Translations under genes and position numbers: made by a program | Part shown: piece after piece, positions 36,812-45,729 of the stretch | How the letters are laid out: every line of letters begins with the position of its first letter | Position numbering within the stretch: position 1 is the stretch's first letter | The notes under the pieces: generated by a model | The model's input: only the letters and a program-made list of their open reading frames with translations | What the model was told of the DNA's origin: nothing | The model's database searches: none | Source of the DNA: Eubacteriales bacterium SKADARSKE-1 | GTDB taxonomy: Bacteria > Bacillota > Clostridia > Oscillospirales > Acutalibacteraceae | Assembly (NCBI GenBank): GCA_030920305.1 | Contig: JARLUB010000004.1 | Span: 43,558-107,557 of the forward strand | Length of the DNA: 64,000 nucleotides | Direction: 5' to 3'

Positions 36812-38668
36812 TTAAACCTTGTGAACTTTATATTTAAAGGTTGGAATCATTTGAATAAGAACTTTTTGAATGTCTTTTTTGCTATTTGTTTGAGTAGCCA
36901 GTTGTAAAAGCTCAAGACTTTTTTCAAAAGTTACAGGATCAAATTCAATTGGTTTACCAATATAAATTTTTTTGTTAGAAGTTTTAGTTATACCTTCTTC
37001 ACTCATTAAAAGCTCTTCATAAAGCTTTTCCCCAGGGCGAAGCCCGGTATATTTTATTTCAATGTCTTTATCAGGAATGAATCCTGAGAGTCGTATAAGA
37101 TTTTCAGCTAAATCTTTTATTTTTACAGGTTCACCCATATCTAAAACAAAAATCTCGCCACCTTCAGCAAGACCTCCAGCTGTAAGGACTAAAGAAACCG
37201 CTTCGGGAATAGTCATAAAATATCTTATTATGTCTGGGTGGGTGACGGTAATAGGGCCACCTTCTTTTATTTGTTCTTTAAACAAAGGAATTACAGAACC
37301 ATTGGAACCTAAAACATTTCCAAATCTAACGGCAACAAATTTAGTGCTGCTATGCTTGTCCATATTTTGAACAATCATTTCACAAATACGTTTAGTAGCA
37401 CCCATAACATTAGTTGGGTTAACAGCCTTATCTGTTGAAATTTGAACAAATTTTTTAACCTTATATTTATCAGCTAAAGTGACAAGATTTAATGTGCCAA
37501 AAACATTATTTTTTACAGCTTCTTCTGGGTTAGTTTCCATAAGTGGTACATGTTTGTGTGCAGCAGCATGAAAAATTACATCTATACTTTTTTCTAAAAA
37601 CAAGGTTTCCAACTTTTTAAAATCTCTTATAGATGCTATTTGAACTTCAAATGTCAAATTTTTTCCATGCTCTCTAATAAGCTCTTGCTGTATTTCATAT
37701 GCATTATTTTCATATATATCTAAAATTATTAAGTTTTTAGGCTTTAAAAGCGCTATTTGTCGGCAAAGTTCAGATCCAATAGAACCACCGCCACCGGTTA
37801 CCATTACGACTTGGTCTTTTATATAAGTTCCGTATTTGTCTGTCTCAAATATAATGGGTTCTCGGCCTAAGAGATCTTCCACTTCAACTTGTCTAATGCC
37901 TTCAGAAAGTGATCCATTAGATGACGCTACCAATTCGCAAATATTTGGAACTATTTTAACTTCAAGGGTAGTTCTTGCGCAAATATCTAAAATTCTTTTT
38001 TTATCTTTTACCGATATTGCTGATATTGCAAATAAAATAACTTCTATTTGATGGTCTTCGCAAATATGGGGAATTTCATAAGTTGAACCAACTACTTTAA
38101 CACCAGCAATTCGTCTTCCTATTTTTTCTCTATCGTCATCAACTATACAAATGGGTACATATTTATTGCTTTGTGATTTTGAAAATTCACTAAGCATTAA
38201 AACGGCTGCTTCACCACCGCCAACGATCAACATTCTTTTTTTTGGTTCACCCTCGTGGTTTTGCCGTCCAATCATTTTATCGAGCCTGTATACAAATCTT
38301 AGCATAAACATGATAAAAGTTGAAAGCATGGAGAGCAAAACGAATGTCCGAACGCCAAGGTGAAGATCTAAAGTTAAAGTACCAACGCAAAAAAGAAAGT
38401 TAGCACTAACAGAAGCAATACCTGCATAGAAAAAATCCTCGATGTTGGCATAGCGCCAAACTCGGTCATACAATCGAAATAAAGTAAAAACCAGGCTAAA
38501 ACATATATTTAGTATAACCAAACTTTTTAAAAAATCTAATTCATAACCAATTAAAGAAAAACTGTTGTGGTTTACAGCAAAAGAAAAATAAAAAGAAAGG
38601 TTCCAAATGATAAAATCACAGAAAAAAAGCATATATTTTCTGTATTTTTTTAAATTGTCATATAACAT
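36812..38668 (-). CDS. Polysaccharide biosynthesis protein CapD/PglF/WbpM family (membrane NDP-sugar 4,6-dehydratase)
   Basis: There are 4 N-terminal TM segments. The Rossmann motif is VTGGGGSIGSEL and HAAAHKHVP is present. Confidence 0.9.
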   Translation of the reverse strand: MLYDNLKKYRKYMLFFCDFIIWNLSFYFSFAVNHNSFSLIGYELDFLKSLVILNICFSLVFTLFRLYDRVWRYANIEDFFYAGIASVSANFLFCVGTLTLDLHLGVRTFVLLSMLSTFIMFMLRFVYRLDKMIGRQNHEGEPKKRMLIVGGGEAAVLMLSEFSKSQSNKYVPICIVDDDREKIGRRIAGVKVVGSTYEIPHICEDHQIEVILFAISAISVKDKKRILDICARTTLEVKIVPNICELVASSNGSLSEGIRQVEVEDLLGREPIIFETDKYGTYIKDQVVMVTGGGGSIGSELCRQIALLKPKNLIILDIYENNAYEIQQELIREHGKNLTFEVQIASIRDFKKLETLFLEKSIDVIFHAAAHKHVPLMETNPEEAVKNNVFGTLNLVTLADKYKVKKFVQISTDKAVNPTNVMGATKRICEMIVQNMDKHSSTKFVAVRFGNVLGSNGSVIPLFKEQIKEGGPITVTHPDIIRYFMTIPEAVSLVLTAGGLAEGGEIFVLDMGEPVKIKDLAENLIRLSGFIPDKDIEIKYTGLRPGEKLYEELLMSEEGITKTSNKKIYIGKPIEFDPVTFEKSLELLQLATQTNSKKDIQKVLIQMIPTFKYKVHKV

Positions 38669-38782
38669 ATTTATCTACACTTTCATAAGTAATGAACAAA
38701 CGGGATTTATCTTTAAAGTAACAAAGAAAGTATATAACAAATACCCTAACTTTTCAAGTTTTTCTGAAATTTCTAAATTTAA

Positions 38783-38817
38783 AAGAAACGCAAATCTAAT
38801 AATGATTTGCGTTTCTT
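38783..38817 (-). terminator. Rho-independent terminator after the giant adhesin gene
   Basis: The 14-bp stem is aagaaacgcaaatc / gatttgcgtttctt. Confidence 0.8.
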
Positions 38818-38831
38818 AAAAAAAGCCTAAC

Positions 38832-41800
38832 TTAAAAATCTCTCTTTTTGTGATATATAAGGATAATTACAAGTGCAATAGTAGAAAGGATTGACATACT
38901 AAACCATGACCAAGGCTTAGAACTGTCTCCTGACTGTATCCAGTAAGGTAATGGGTTGGCTGAGTAAATATTTTTAAATACAAGAGAAGTTTTAACAGGT
39001 GTTCCATCGCTGTTATAGAAGCTTGTGTTGATTGAAAATGTTTTTGAATCAAAGTCAGCAGGAATATCTACGCGAACGGTATAAAATTGATTACTGTATA
39101 AATAATGTGATGGATCACTACCGGTTTTTTCACTAATGCGGTAGTAATAGGTTTTCCCACCGTCATAGTCTTCCGTATAATTGATTGGGAATTTAACCGG
39201 ACCGGAGCTAGTAAGTTTACCATCTGCATCAGTACTAGTGTTAGTTGATCCCATATTAGTTATTGTTTCTTTGAAGTAACCTTCGTCAGTAGCACCCAAT
39301 TCATTACCATTTTCATCTATAGCTGTTAGTGTAAAATCAAATTTATTTTTATTTAAAGTTCGGCCTGTTAAAATTTTTGTAGTATTAATAGTAATTGTTG
39401 CAGTGTCGTCCACGTAAATGTTTATAAAGTTTGGTTCAACGCCGGCAGGGAGTTCAGAACCAAGTGCCAGAGTTGTATCTCCCGTGGTATCTTTGTCATC
39501 AGTTGGCTTAAATATATTCAGATTACCAGAAATTGAGAAACTTGGTATAGTGACATTTTTAGTGTCAAAAGTTGTTTGACTTTGATATAATGTGTCGCCA
39601 TTTTTTATAACGTTGTAATAAATTGGCCCAACGGCGCTTAGGTTACCAGTGTCGAGGTTTTGAGTAACTGTAACTTTTGCAGCATAAACAGCATTAGAGT
39701 AAGTCATGTCATCAAGACTTCCACCTTCTTCTTTGAGCAGGTAGTAGTGATCGCCAATATCACTCAAATTATAACTAATTTTAGAAAAGTCGACATCACC
39801 GACGTTGTCAGTACCAGTTGGATTAATTTCCGCTGAATTTGCCGCGTCTGAGGTGGCTGGGTCACCTTGAATTAGCGTCGTGCCATCAAACGTTGCATTA
39901 TATGCGTTAAACTCAAACTCGCTTGCGTTTAAATCCCGGCCGATCAAGGTTGTTGTGGCATCGATCTCGGCGGAAACAGCGTCTGGCGTGTACGTGTTTT
40001 CAAAAATGAAGCTGTCGATGCTGCTAAGCGTTGTGCCGCTTGTGCCGATCCCTTCGTAGAAAGTCGGCGCGGCAGAAAGCTTGCCGCTATTGAGGTCGGA
40101 AGCGACGTCGACTTTCACGGTGTAAACTGCAGAACTGCTAGTGTAGTGGGCATCGGCGCTTGGAACCTCGCGCAGCACGTAGTAATACGGGCTAGAATTT
40201 TGCGCGCCCTCTTGGTAAATGATCGGGTCAAACGTGACGCTGCCGGTGCTTAGCTGGCCCGAGCCCACGGCATTTTGCTTGGTTTGCGAGTAGGCGCTGC
40301 CGCCAGAAAGCGGTGTGCCACTAGCATCGGTTCTGGTGAGCGTGAACGAAAATTCACCCGCTGCAAGATTCTTGTTTTTCAAAATTTTTGTCGCAACGAC
40401 CGAAACTTCGGCATTTTGGCCGGTATAGTTGTTGGTAAAGGTTGGCAAATTGCTGCCTGAAAGTTGCGAATTATTTTTGTCTAAATATTTTTTGTTAGTG
40501 GCACTAAGCGCACCGGTGCTGTAATCGTAATTTATGGTAACTTCGGCAAAGAAGTAGTCGCTGCTGTAAGAGACGTACTCGTCGCCCGGAACCGGCACGG
40601 TTTCTTCAATTTTGTACCGGTGAGTTTTTTGGTAAACCGTGCCGCTTGGCGTGGTGCCTGGGTAGCCAGCAGCTGCGCTCGAGAGCGCAATCGGGTCAAA
40701 CGACACTGAACCAGAACTTCCACTCGTGCTAGGGTCGCCCGAACCCACGGCGTTTTGCTTGGTTTGCGAGTAGGCGCTGTCGCCCGAAAGCGGTGTGCCG
40801 CTAGAATCAACCTCGGTGAGCGTGAACGAAAATTCGCCAGCTGCCAAGTTTTTATCGAGCAAAATTTTGGTTGCTTCAAACGCAGCGGCTGTACTGTCGC
40901 TAACGGTCGCCGCGGAATATGTGTTTGTGAAATTTGGAACCTGGCCGTCGTTGAGCGCGGCGTCAAGCATCAGCGCGCCGTCATTTTCGGCGATGCTAAA
41001 GTAAGTCGTGGCAACGCTCAAAGTGCCGTCGCCGTTGTCGCTTACCGTGACTTTGGCGGCAAAAACGCCGGGCGTTGGCGATTTTGCAACGACATTGGCA
41101 GGAAGATTTGAGGTATCTTCGAAGATCAGGTAGTAGTGCTCGCCAACGTCGGACAAGGTGTAATTTACCGTGCCAAACGCTACGCCGCCGGTGCTGGTGA
41201 CTCCGGTTGAAGCGCCAACACTTGTTGTGCCGCTAGCGTTTTGCGAAATACTCAGCGGTGAATCGCTAGGCGTTAAAATGTCTGTTTCGCTGTAGGTTGC
41301 GCCAAAAATGTTGAACGAAAACTCGCTGGCGCCAAGCGCGCGATTTTCTAGTGTGGTTTGCGCGGCCAAGGCCGCAGAACCGGTCGCCGCGTAGCTGTTT
41401 GCAAAATCTGGCAGCGTGCCACTTGAAAGCTGCGATTCCACATTATTATCAATTTTATAATAAGTTGTAACAGGCTCAAGCAAACCGGTAACAGTATTTG
41501 CAGTAACATAAACCCTGCATTTATAGTAAATAGGTGTATATGTTACACCTCCTAATTTATTTGTAGGTATGTTCTCAGTGATTTTAAAATAGCGAGTACC
41601 TTCAGTTGAGAAATGTAGACTTGAAAAAGGTATACTGCTTGTACTAGTTGTGCCAGTTGGGGGGTTTACAGGAGATAAGTTGCTTACAGTTTCACTATAA
41701 GCGTTTGCTCCGGTAAGGGTATTACCGGAAGCATCTGTTTCAGTAAGAGTGAAAGAAAATTCACCTGCACTTAAAGTTCTTCCGGAAAGTTTTTTTGTAG

Positions 41801-44800
41801 CTTCAATTGGAACTGTAATAGATCCAGGAGTATAGTTATTTATAAAAACAGGGTTATCTGTAGTTATTTCAGTTAAACTGTCAGTTTTATGAGTTTTTTG
41901 GCCAGAATAATAAGTAACATTTGCAGCAAGATCAATGTTTGTTGTTTCTGACACTGTAACTATAGCAGTAAAAACTTGATTACTATATGTGAATTTAGTG
42001 TTAGTACCAGCAATTTCACGTATTACATATTCATATTCTCCAACAGCTGCAAGTTCTAAATTTGGGGTAAAAGTAACTGCGCCAGGTGTAGCGCCATTAG
42101 GATTGTTAGAACCCGTTGCAATTGGTTGAGTAGCAACAGTACGTGTACCATCTGTACTATAGCTTACAGGATAAGCTGCAAAATTAAATGATTCTGAATT
42201 AGAAAGTGATATGCCGTTTGTTGCTTTAGTTGCTTCTAATGTTACAGAAGCTGGTGCAATTTGAGATAGAACAATTCGGCCATTATTTCCAAGATAGGCA
42301 GTTATATTTTTTTGTCCCCCTGAGGTTAGTGGTTCAAATTTAGTAGCATAATAAGTTTCTGCGGTGTTGGTAACATCAGCTACATCAATACCAGTTGATT
42401 GAGAGATATCGGATTTTAATAAAGCTATAGGGGTGTAATCACCGCTGTACTTCCAATTGTGATTGGCAGTTAAATAATTTATTGTAGCAGTGAGACGCTG
42501 GGCATCTGTAGAGTAATTAGTGGTTACATTTGATTTTTCAGAAGTAGTAAGTTCATTCAAAAGGTCAGCATATGTGGAATAAATTGCAACCCTTCCGTCA
42601 GCATTTAATAATCGGTTATAGTAACATGGGTTTTGCGTATCTGGTTCATATATGGCCGTACAGTTACCACAAGTGTGTGTTGTACCGTTAATAGTGACAT
42701 GGTTTGCTCCATCATAGCCATTTATATAGTATGTTTTCCCACTTGTAGTAGAAGAGGGGTCAGTAAAACCAGCAGCGAAAATCAATCTAATTGGTTGATT
42801 TTCAGAATAGGAACCTTGGTTATTTGTGAAAACTGGTAATAAGGCTTCTGGAATAGTCCAGTTTAAAGTTTGAATGGATGTATCAGAATTTTCAGGCCAT
42901 GTAGTTACAACCGATAAATTTATAGCGTTAAGGTTTCGGGTGCCTTCACCTGAGATAATTTCATTTATTATTACATTGAAGCTCCAAGAAGCATTTAGAT
43001 CTATATCAAATGTACGAGTGAGAGTATATCCATAACTAAATGTTGTATTTGAATATGTTGTATTACCGTGAACTAACGTACCTGTCTTAGTTCCACCGTT
43101 TGAGCTACTAAAAGAACCATTTGGGTCATCAGTAGAAGTTGGTGCTCGGTAATAGTAGGTTCTGATACGGGGCGGATTATTATTTGTTCCCCAAAGTTCG
43201 TTCCACGTTATTCCATATTCTGTAAGGTCGCTTCCCCCGGAATCAATATATCCAATAAAGTTTCCACCTCCACTGCCTACACTAGCATTATAACCGCCAG
43301 AACCGTTAGAGCTAAAAGTTACATTTGCCATTGAGCTTCCACCAAAACGACAACCATTATACATAACATTTGGTAGACCCATAAGTGTAAGGTCTTGGCC
43401 GACAGTATCAGTAAAAGTTACAGTAGAACCGGTGCCAGAGCCTTGTACCGGCCTTTCTAACTTTACATTTATATCATATAAAATTTCATTAAATGATTTT
43501 TCAAGAGCTGCATTATCGATAATATTAGAAAAAGATAAATTGGTATAGTTTGTACTAGTAGATGCAATGCCGTAGCCAATATTATTATTTACGTTATGAT
43601 TGGACTGATTGGTAACAGCATTGTTTACTCCAGTGTAGTTCCAAGATGTAGATCCGCTTCCTCCAGTCATATTTACTCCATACTTTGGGTCAAGCAAAGC
43701 TGAACTTAAACTGTTACTTGCTATAGCTACACCAACAGTATAGAAAAGTGCGTCGTGGATATATCGACTTGCCCAAAGTTGTTTTGCAGTAATTGCAGTT
43801 GCAATAGTGGAACTACCTGCATTATTCCGCCCTACGGCAGTAAGTTGTTCAGGTGAACCATTGCCATATAAGGTCCCTAAAGCTCTTACTGAAGATGGCG
43901 TGCAGGTTGGTTTGTAGTATCCAGGTGCTCCATCAGTAAAAAGTACCATTACTGGTACACGTGCGGCTTTACCATTTACTGTAGGGTTAGTTGAATTTTC
44001 AAGCAAGTATGAGCCGGTAGCGATACCACCTTGAGTATACGTACCACCAACTACTTGAACGCTGTTGACAGCAACAGATGCACCGTTTTTTATTGCAAGC
44101 CCAGTAGAGGTTTTAACATAGCTGCTTGAAACAGATCCGCCAGAAAAAGAATTTACAACATGCAAATATTTTCCATCTGTGGCGGTAACAGCACTAGCAT
44201 CATATGAATTTAAAGTTAAAAGTGTAGTAGCTCTTGGTTTTCTATTTGCTTGAGTCATTACAGTAGCATAGCCATTAAACTCACCGTCATTAGTTCCATC
44301 AATACTGGATCCACTATATGTTACCACACCGATTCTATTATTTGGGTTAGAAGCCATTAATGCTGCAATAGAAACATTTATGGAGTTCACGGCCTGTAAT
44401 ACTCGCATATTGCCATTATTAACATCAGTTTGTGTAGCAGTAGTTCCACTGCTGTTGAAAACCATACTACCCGAAACATCTAAAACAAATACAACATCAA
44501 CAGGTAGAACAGGATAGTTTACGGTTTCATAACTTTGAGCTAATGCTGAGAGCATAATGTTATAAACTCCACCTTCAGTTGAAGGTGAAGGTGCAACAAC
44601 CCTATCACCAAGTTTCATTTCATTTAAAGAAACAGATTTGTCTACCCAGATTTTCCCATTATCATCTGCCCCGCTGCCAAAATAGGCTGCAAGGTTATAT
44701 GTGTCTTCATTTGATGACATCTCAGCTTTAAGATTATTTATTATATTATATTGTTTAACAGCTGTACCAGATATGCCGCCATCTTCTGCTTTAACCGAGA

Positions 44801-44876
44801 ATATAAATATCACAGACAATATGATTACTGATAAAAAGAGGCGAAAATATTTTTTTATTTGTTTTTTTATTTTCAT
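38832..44876 (-). CDS. Giant surface adhesin: signal peptide, vWA domain (MIDAS DVSGS), many Spy0128/FctA-like pilin-isopeptide repeats and a C-terminal TM plus basic tail
   Basis: The signal is MKIKKQIKKYFRLFLSVIILSVIFIFSVKA and the vWA motif is VVFVLDVSGSM. The recurring unit is 'L.(A/S)GEFSF.LT..D..G....' + '.Y.Y.I.E' + 'Y....Y...V.V'. The tail is ...WIQSGDSSKPWSWFSMSILSTIALVIILIYHKKRDF. Confidence 0.9.
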   Translation of the reverse strand: MKIKKQIKKYFRLFLSVIILSVIFIFSVKAEDGGISGTAVKQYNIINNLKAEMSSNEDTYNLAAYFGSGADDNGKIWVDKSVSLNEMKLGDRVVAPSPSTEGGVYNIMLSALAQSYETVNYPVLPVDVVFVLDVSGSMVFNSSGTTATQTDVNNGNMRVLQAVNSINVSIAALMASNPNNRIGVVTYSGSSIDGTNDGEFNGYATVMTQANRKPRATTLLTLNSYDASAVTATDGKYLHVVNSFSGGSVSSSYVKTSTGLAIKNGASVAVNSVQVVGGTYTQGGIATGSYLLENSTNPTVNGKAARVPVMVLFTDGAPGYYKPTCTPSSVRALGTLYGNGSPEQLTAVGRNNAGSSTIATAITAKQLWASRYIHDALFYTVGVAIASNSLSSALLDPKYGVNMTGGSGSTSWNYTGVNNAVTNQSNHNVNNNIGYGIASTSTNYTNLSFSNIIDNAALEKSFNEILYDINVKLERPVQGSGTGSTVTFTDTVGQDLTLMGLPNVMYNGCRFGGSSMANVTFSSNGSGGYNASVGSGGGNFIGYIDSGGSDLTEYGITWNELWGTNNNPPRIRTYYYRAPTSTDDPNGSFSSSNGGTKTGTLVHGNTTYSNTTFSYGYTLTRTFDIDLNASWSFNVIINEIISGEGTRNLNAINLSVVTTWPENSDTSIQTLNWTIPEALLPVFTNNQGSYSENQPIRLIFAAGFTDPSSTTSGKTYYINGYDGANHVTINGTTHTCGNCTAIYEPDTQNPCYYNRLLNADGRVAIYSTYADLLNELTTSEKSNVTTNYSTDAQRLTATINYLTANHNWKYSGDYTPIALLKSDISQSTGIDVADVTNTAETYYATKFEPLTSGGQKNITAYLGNNGRIVLSQIAPASVTLEATKATNGISLSNSESFNFAAYPVSYSTDGTRTVATQPIATGSNNPNGATPGAVTFTPNLELAAVGEYEYVIREIAGTNTKFTYSNQVFTAIVTVSETTNIDLAANVTYYSGQKTHKTDSLTEITTDNPVFINNYTPGSITVPIEATKKLSGRTLSAGEFSFTLTETDASGNTLTGANAYSETVSNLSPVNPPTGTTSTSSIPFSSLHFSTEGTRYFKITENIPTNKLGGVTYTPIYYKCRVYVTANTVTGLLEPVTTYYKIDNNVESQLSSGTLPDFANSYAATGSAALAAQTTLENRALGASEFSFNIFGATYSETDILTPSDSPLSISQNASGTTSVGASTGVTSTGGVAFGTVNYTLSDVGEHYYLIFEDTSNLPANVVAKSPTPGVFAAKVTVSDNGDGTLSVATTYFSIAENDGALMLDAALNDGQVPNFTNTYSAATVSDSTAAAFEATKILLDKNLAAGEFSFTLTEVDSSGTPLSGDSAYSQTKQNAVGSGDPSTSGSSGSVSFDPIALSSAAAGYPGTTPSGTVYQKTHRYKIEETVPVPGDEYVSYSSDYFFAEVTINYDYSTGALSATNKKYLDKNNSQLSGSNLPTFTNNYTGQNAEVSVVATKILKNKNLAAGEFSFTLTRTDASGTPLSGGSAYSQTKQNAVGSGQLSTGSVTFDPIIYQEGAQNSSPYYYVLREVPSADAHYTSSSAVYTVKVDVASDLNSGKLSAAPTFYEGIGTSGTTLSSIDSFIFENTYTPDAVSAEIDATTTLIGRDLNASEFEFNAYNATFDGTTLIQGDPATSDAANSAEINPTGTDNVGDVDFSKISYNLSDIGDHYYLLKEEGGSLDDMTYSNAVYAAKVTVTQNLDTGNLSAVGPIYYNVIKNGDTLYQSQTTFDTKNVTIPSFSISGNLNIFKPTDDKDTTGDTTLALGSELPAGVEPNFINIYVDDTATITINTTKILTGRTLNKNKFDFTLTAIDENGNELGATDEGYFKETITNMGSTNTSTDADGKLTSSGPVKFPINYTEDYDGGKTYYYRISEKTGSDPSHYLYSNQFYTVRVDIPADFDSKTFSINTSFYNSDGTPVKTSLVFKNIYSANPLPYWIQSGDSSKPWSWFSMSILSTIALVIILIYHKKRDF

Positions 44877-45307
44877 TATTGCCTCCCCTTTTCAAATAAG
44901 TTGTTAAACAGAAATAAATAAACAAATAATATCAATAATACATAAGATTGTTTTATTTTACTAATTATAAAAATTGTACCATATTACTAGTTAAAAAATC
45001 AAGCGTTTTTAAAAAAATATTGTGAACTTTTTATATTTAAATATAGCTTTGATTAATAACAAATAGCAAAAAATAAAAATCGACAAAAGTTTTATATAAT
45101 AATTTTACTGTAAGAGTATTATTTTAAGGTGATATTGTGAGATAAGACAAGCATGCTAAGTATATGTATAGAAAAGTGAATTGCAAAAAAGGTTTTGGAA
45201 TTCCAGCCGGTGTCTATCTGAGAAAATAATTTTGCCCCTGATAATAAAAAGGTAAGGAAGGTTATAAGGTAGCATTAAATCATTTAATGGTGTGTATTTA
45301 AGAAATC

Positions 45308-45344
45308 AAAAGATGAAAGTGCTAAATTAGCACTTTCATCTTTT
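45308..45344. terminator. Hairpin terminator abutting the ylmC stop codon
   Basis: The stem is aaaagatgaaagtgc / agcactttcatctttt. It is made of inverted GAAAGTGC units. Confidence 0.8.
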
Positions 45345-45635
45345 TTATTTGATAAAATTATTTAACAGAGGAAAAAAATTTCGTTTCTTTTTATAATTTA
45401 CATCGCAGCTTACAAGTATGGTGTCATCTCCAATAACTTTTATTTCTTCCCATCTAATAAATATGTCTTCTTCACGGCCAAAAATTCCAAAACACTTTAG
45501 CCTTCCAAAAATGACGATTCCAATTAGTCTTGCATCAATAGTATCTATTTCAACATCACTTACACAACCAAGGCGTCTACCGGTTTTTACATGAATAACT
45601 TCCTTATTTCTCATATCTACAATTCTACAACGCAT
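45345..45635 (-). CDS. ylmC: YlmC/YmxH family sporulation protein (PRC-barrel)
   Basis: Contains DMRNKEVIHVKTGRRLGCVSDVEIDTIDARLIGIVI. Confidence 0.85.
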   Translation of the reverse strand: MRCRIVDMRNKEVIHVKTGRRLGCVSDVEIDTIDARLIGIVIFGRLKCFGIFGREEDIFIRWEEIKVIGDDTILVSCDVNYKKKRNFFPLLNNFIK

Positions 45636-45729
45636 ACTATCACCTCAAAGTAATATTGAAAACACATTAATTGACATTAAAATTATATGTCTATATAATT
45701 AAGTAAAATGCAGAGCTGGGGAGTTTTTT

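Noticed and set aside
40275-41111. Several 60-144-aa ORFs on both strands inside the giant adhesin gene
   Set aside because: They occur only in the high-GC block, where stop codons are rare in all frames. The 2014-aa frame is continuous and has clear domain repeats.
39790-41450. High-GC block as an inserted mobile element
   Set aside because: There is no transposase, integrase, inverted terminal repeat or target duplication. The reading frame and domain periodicity continue through both borders, so this is intragenic mosaicism rather than an insertion element.
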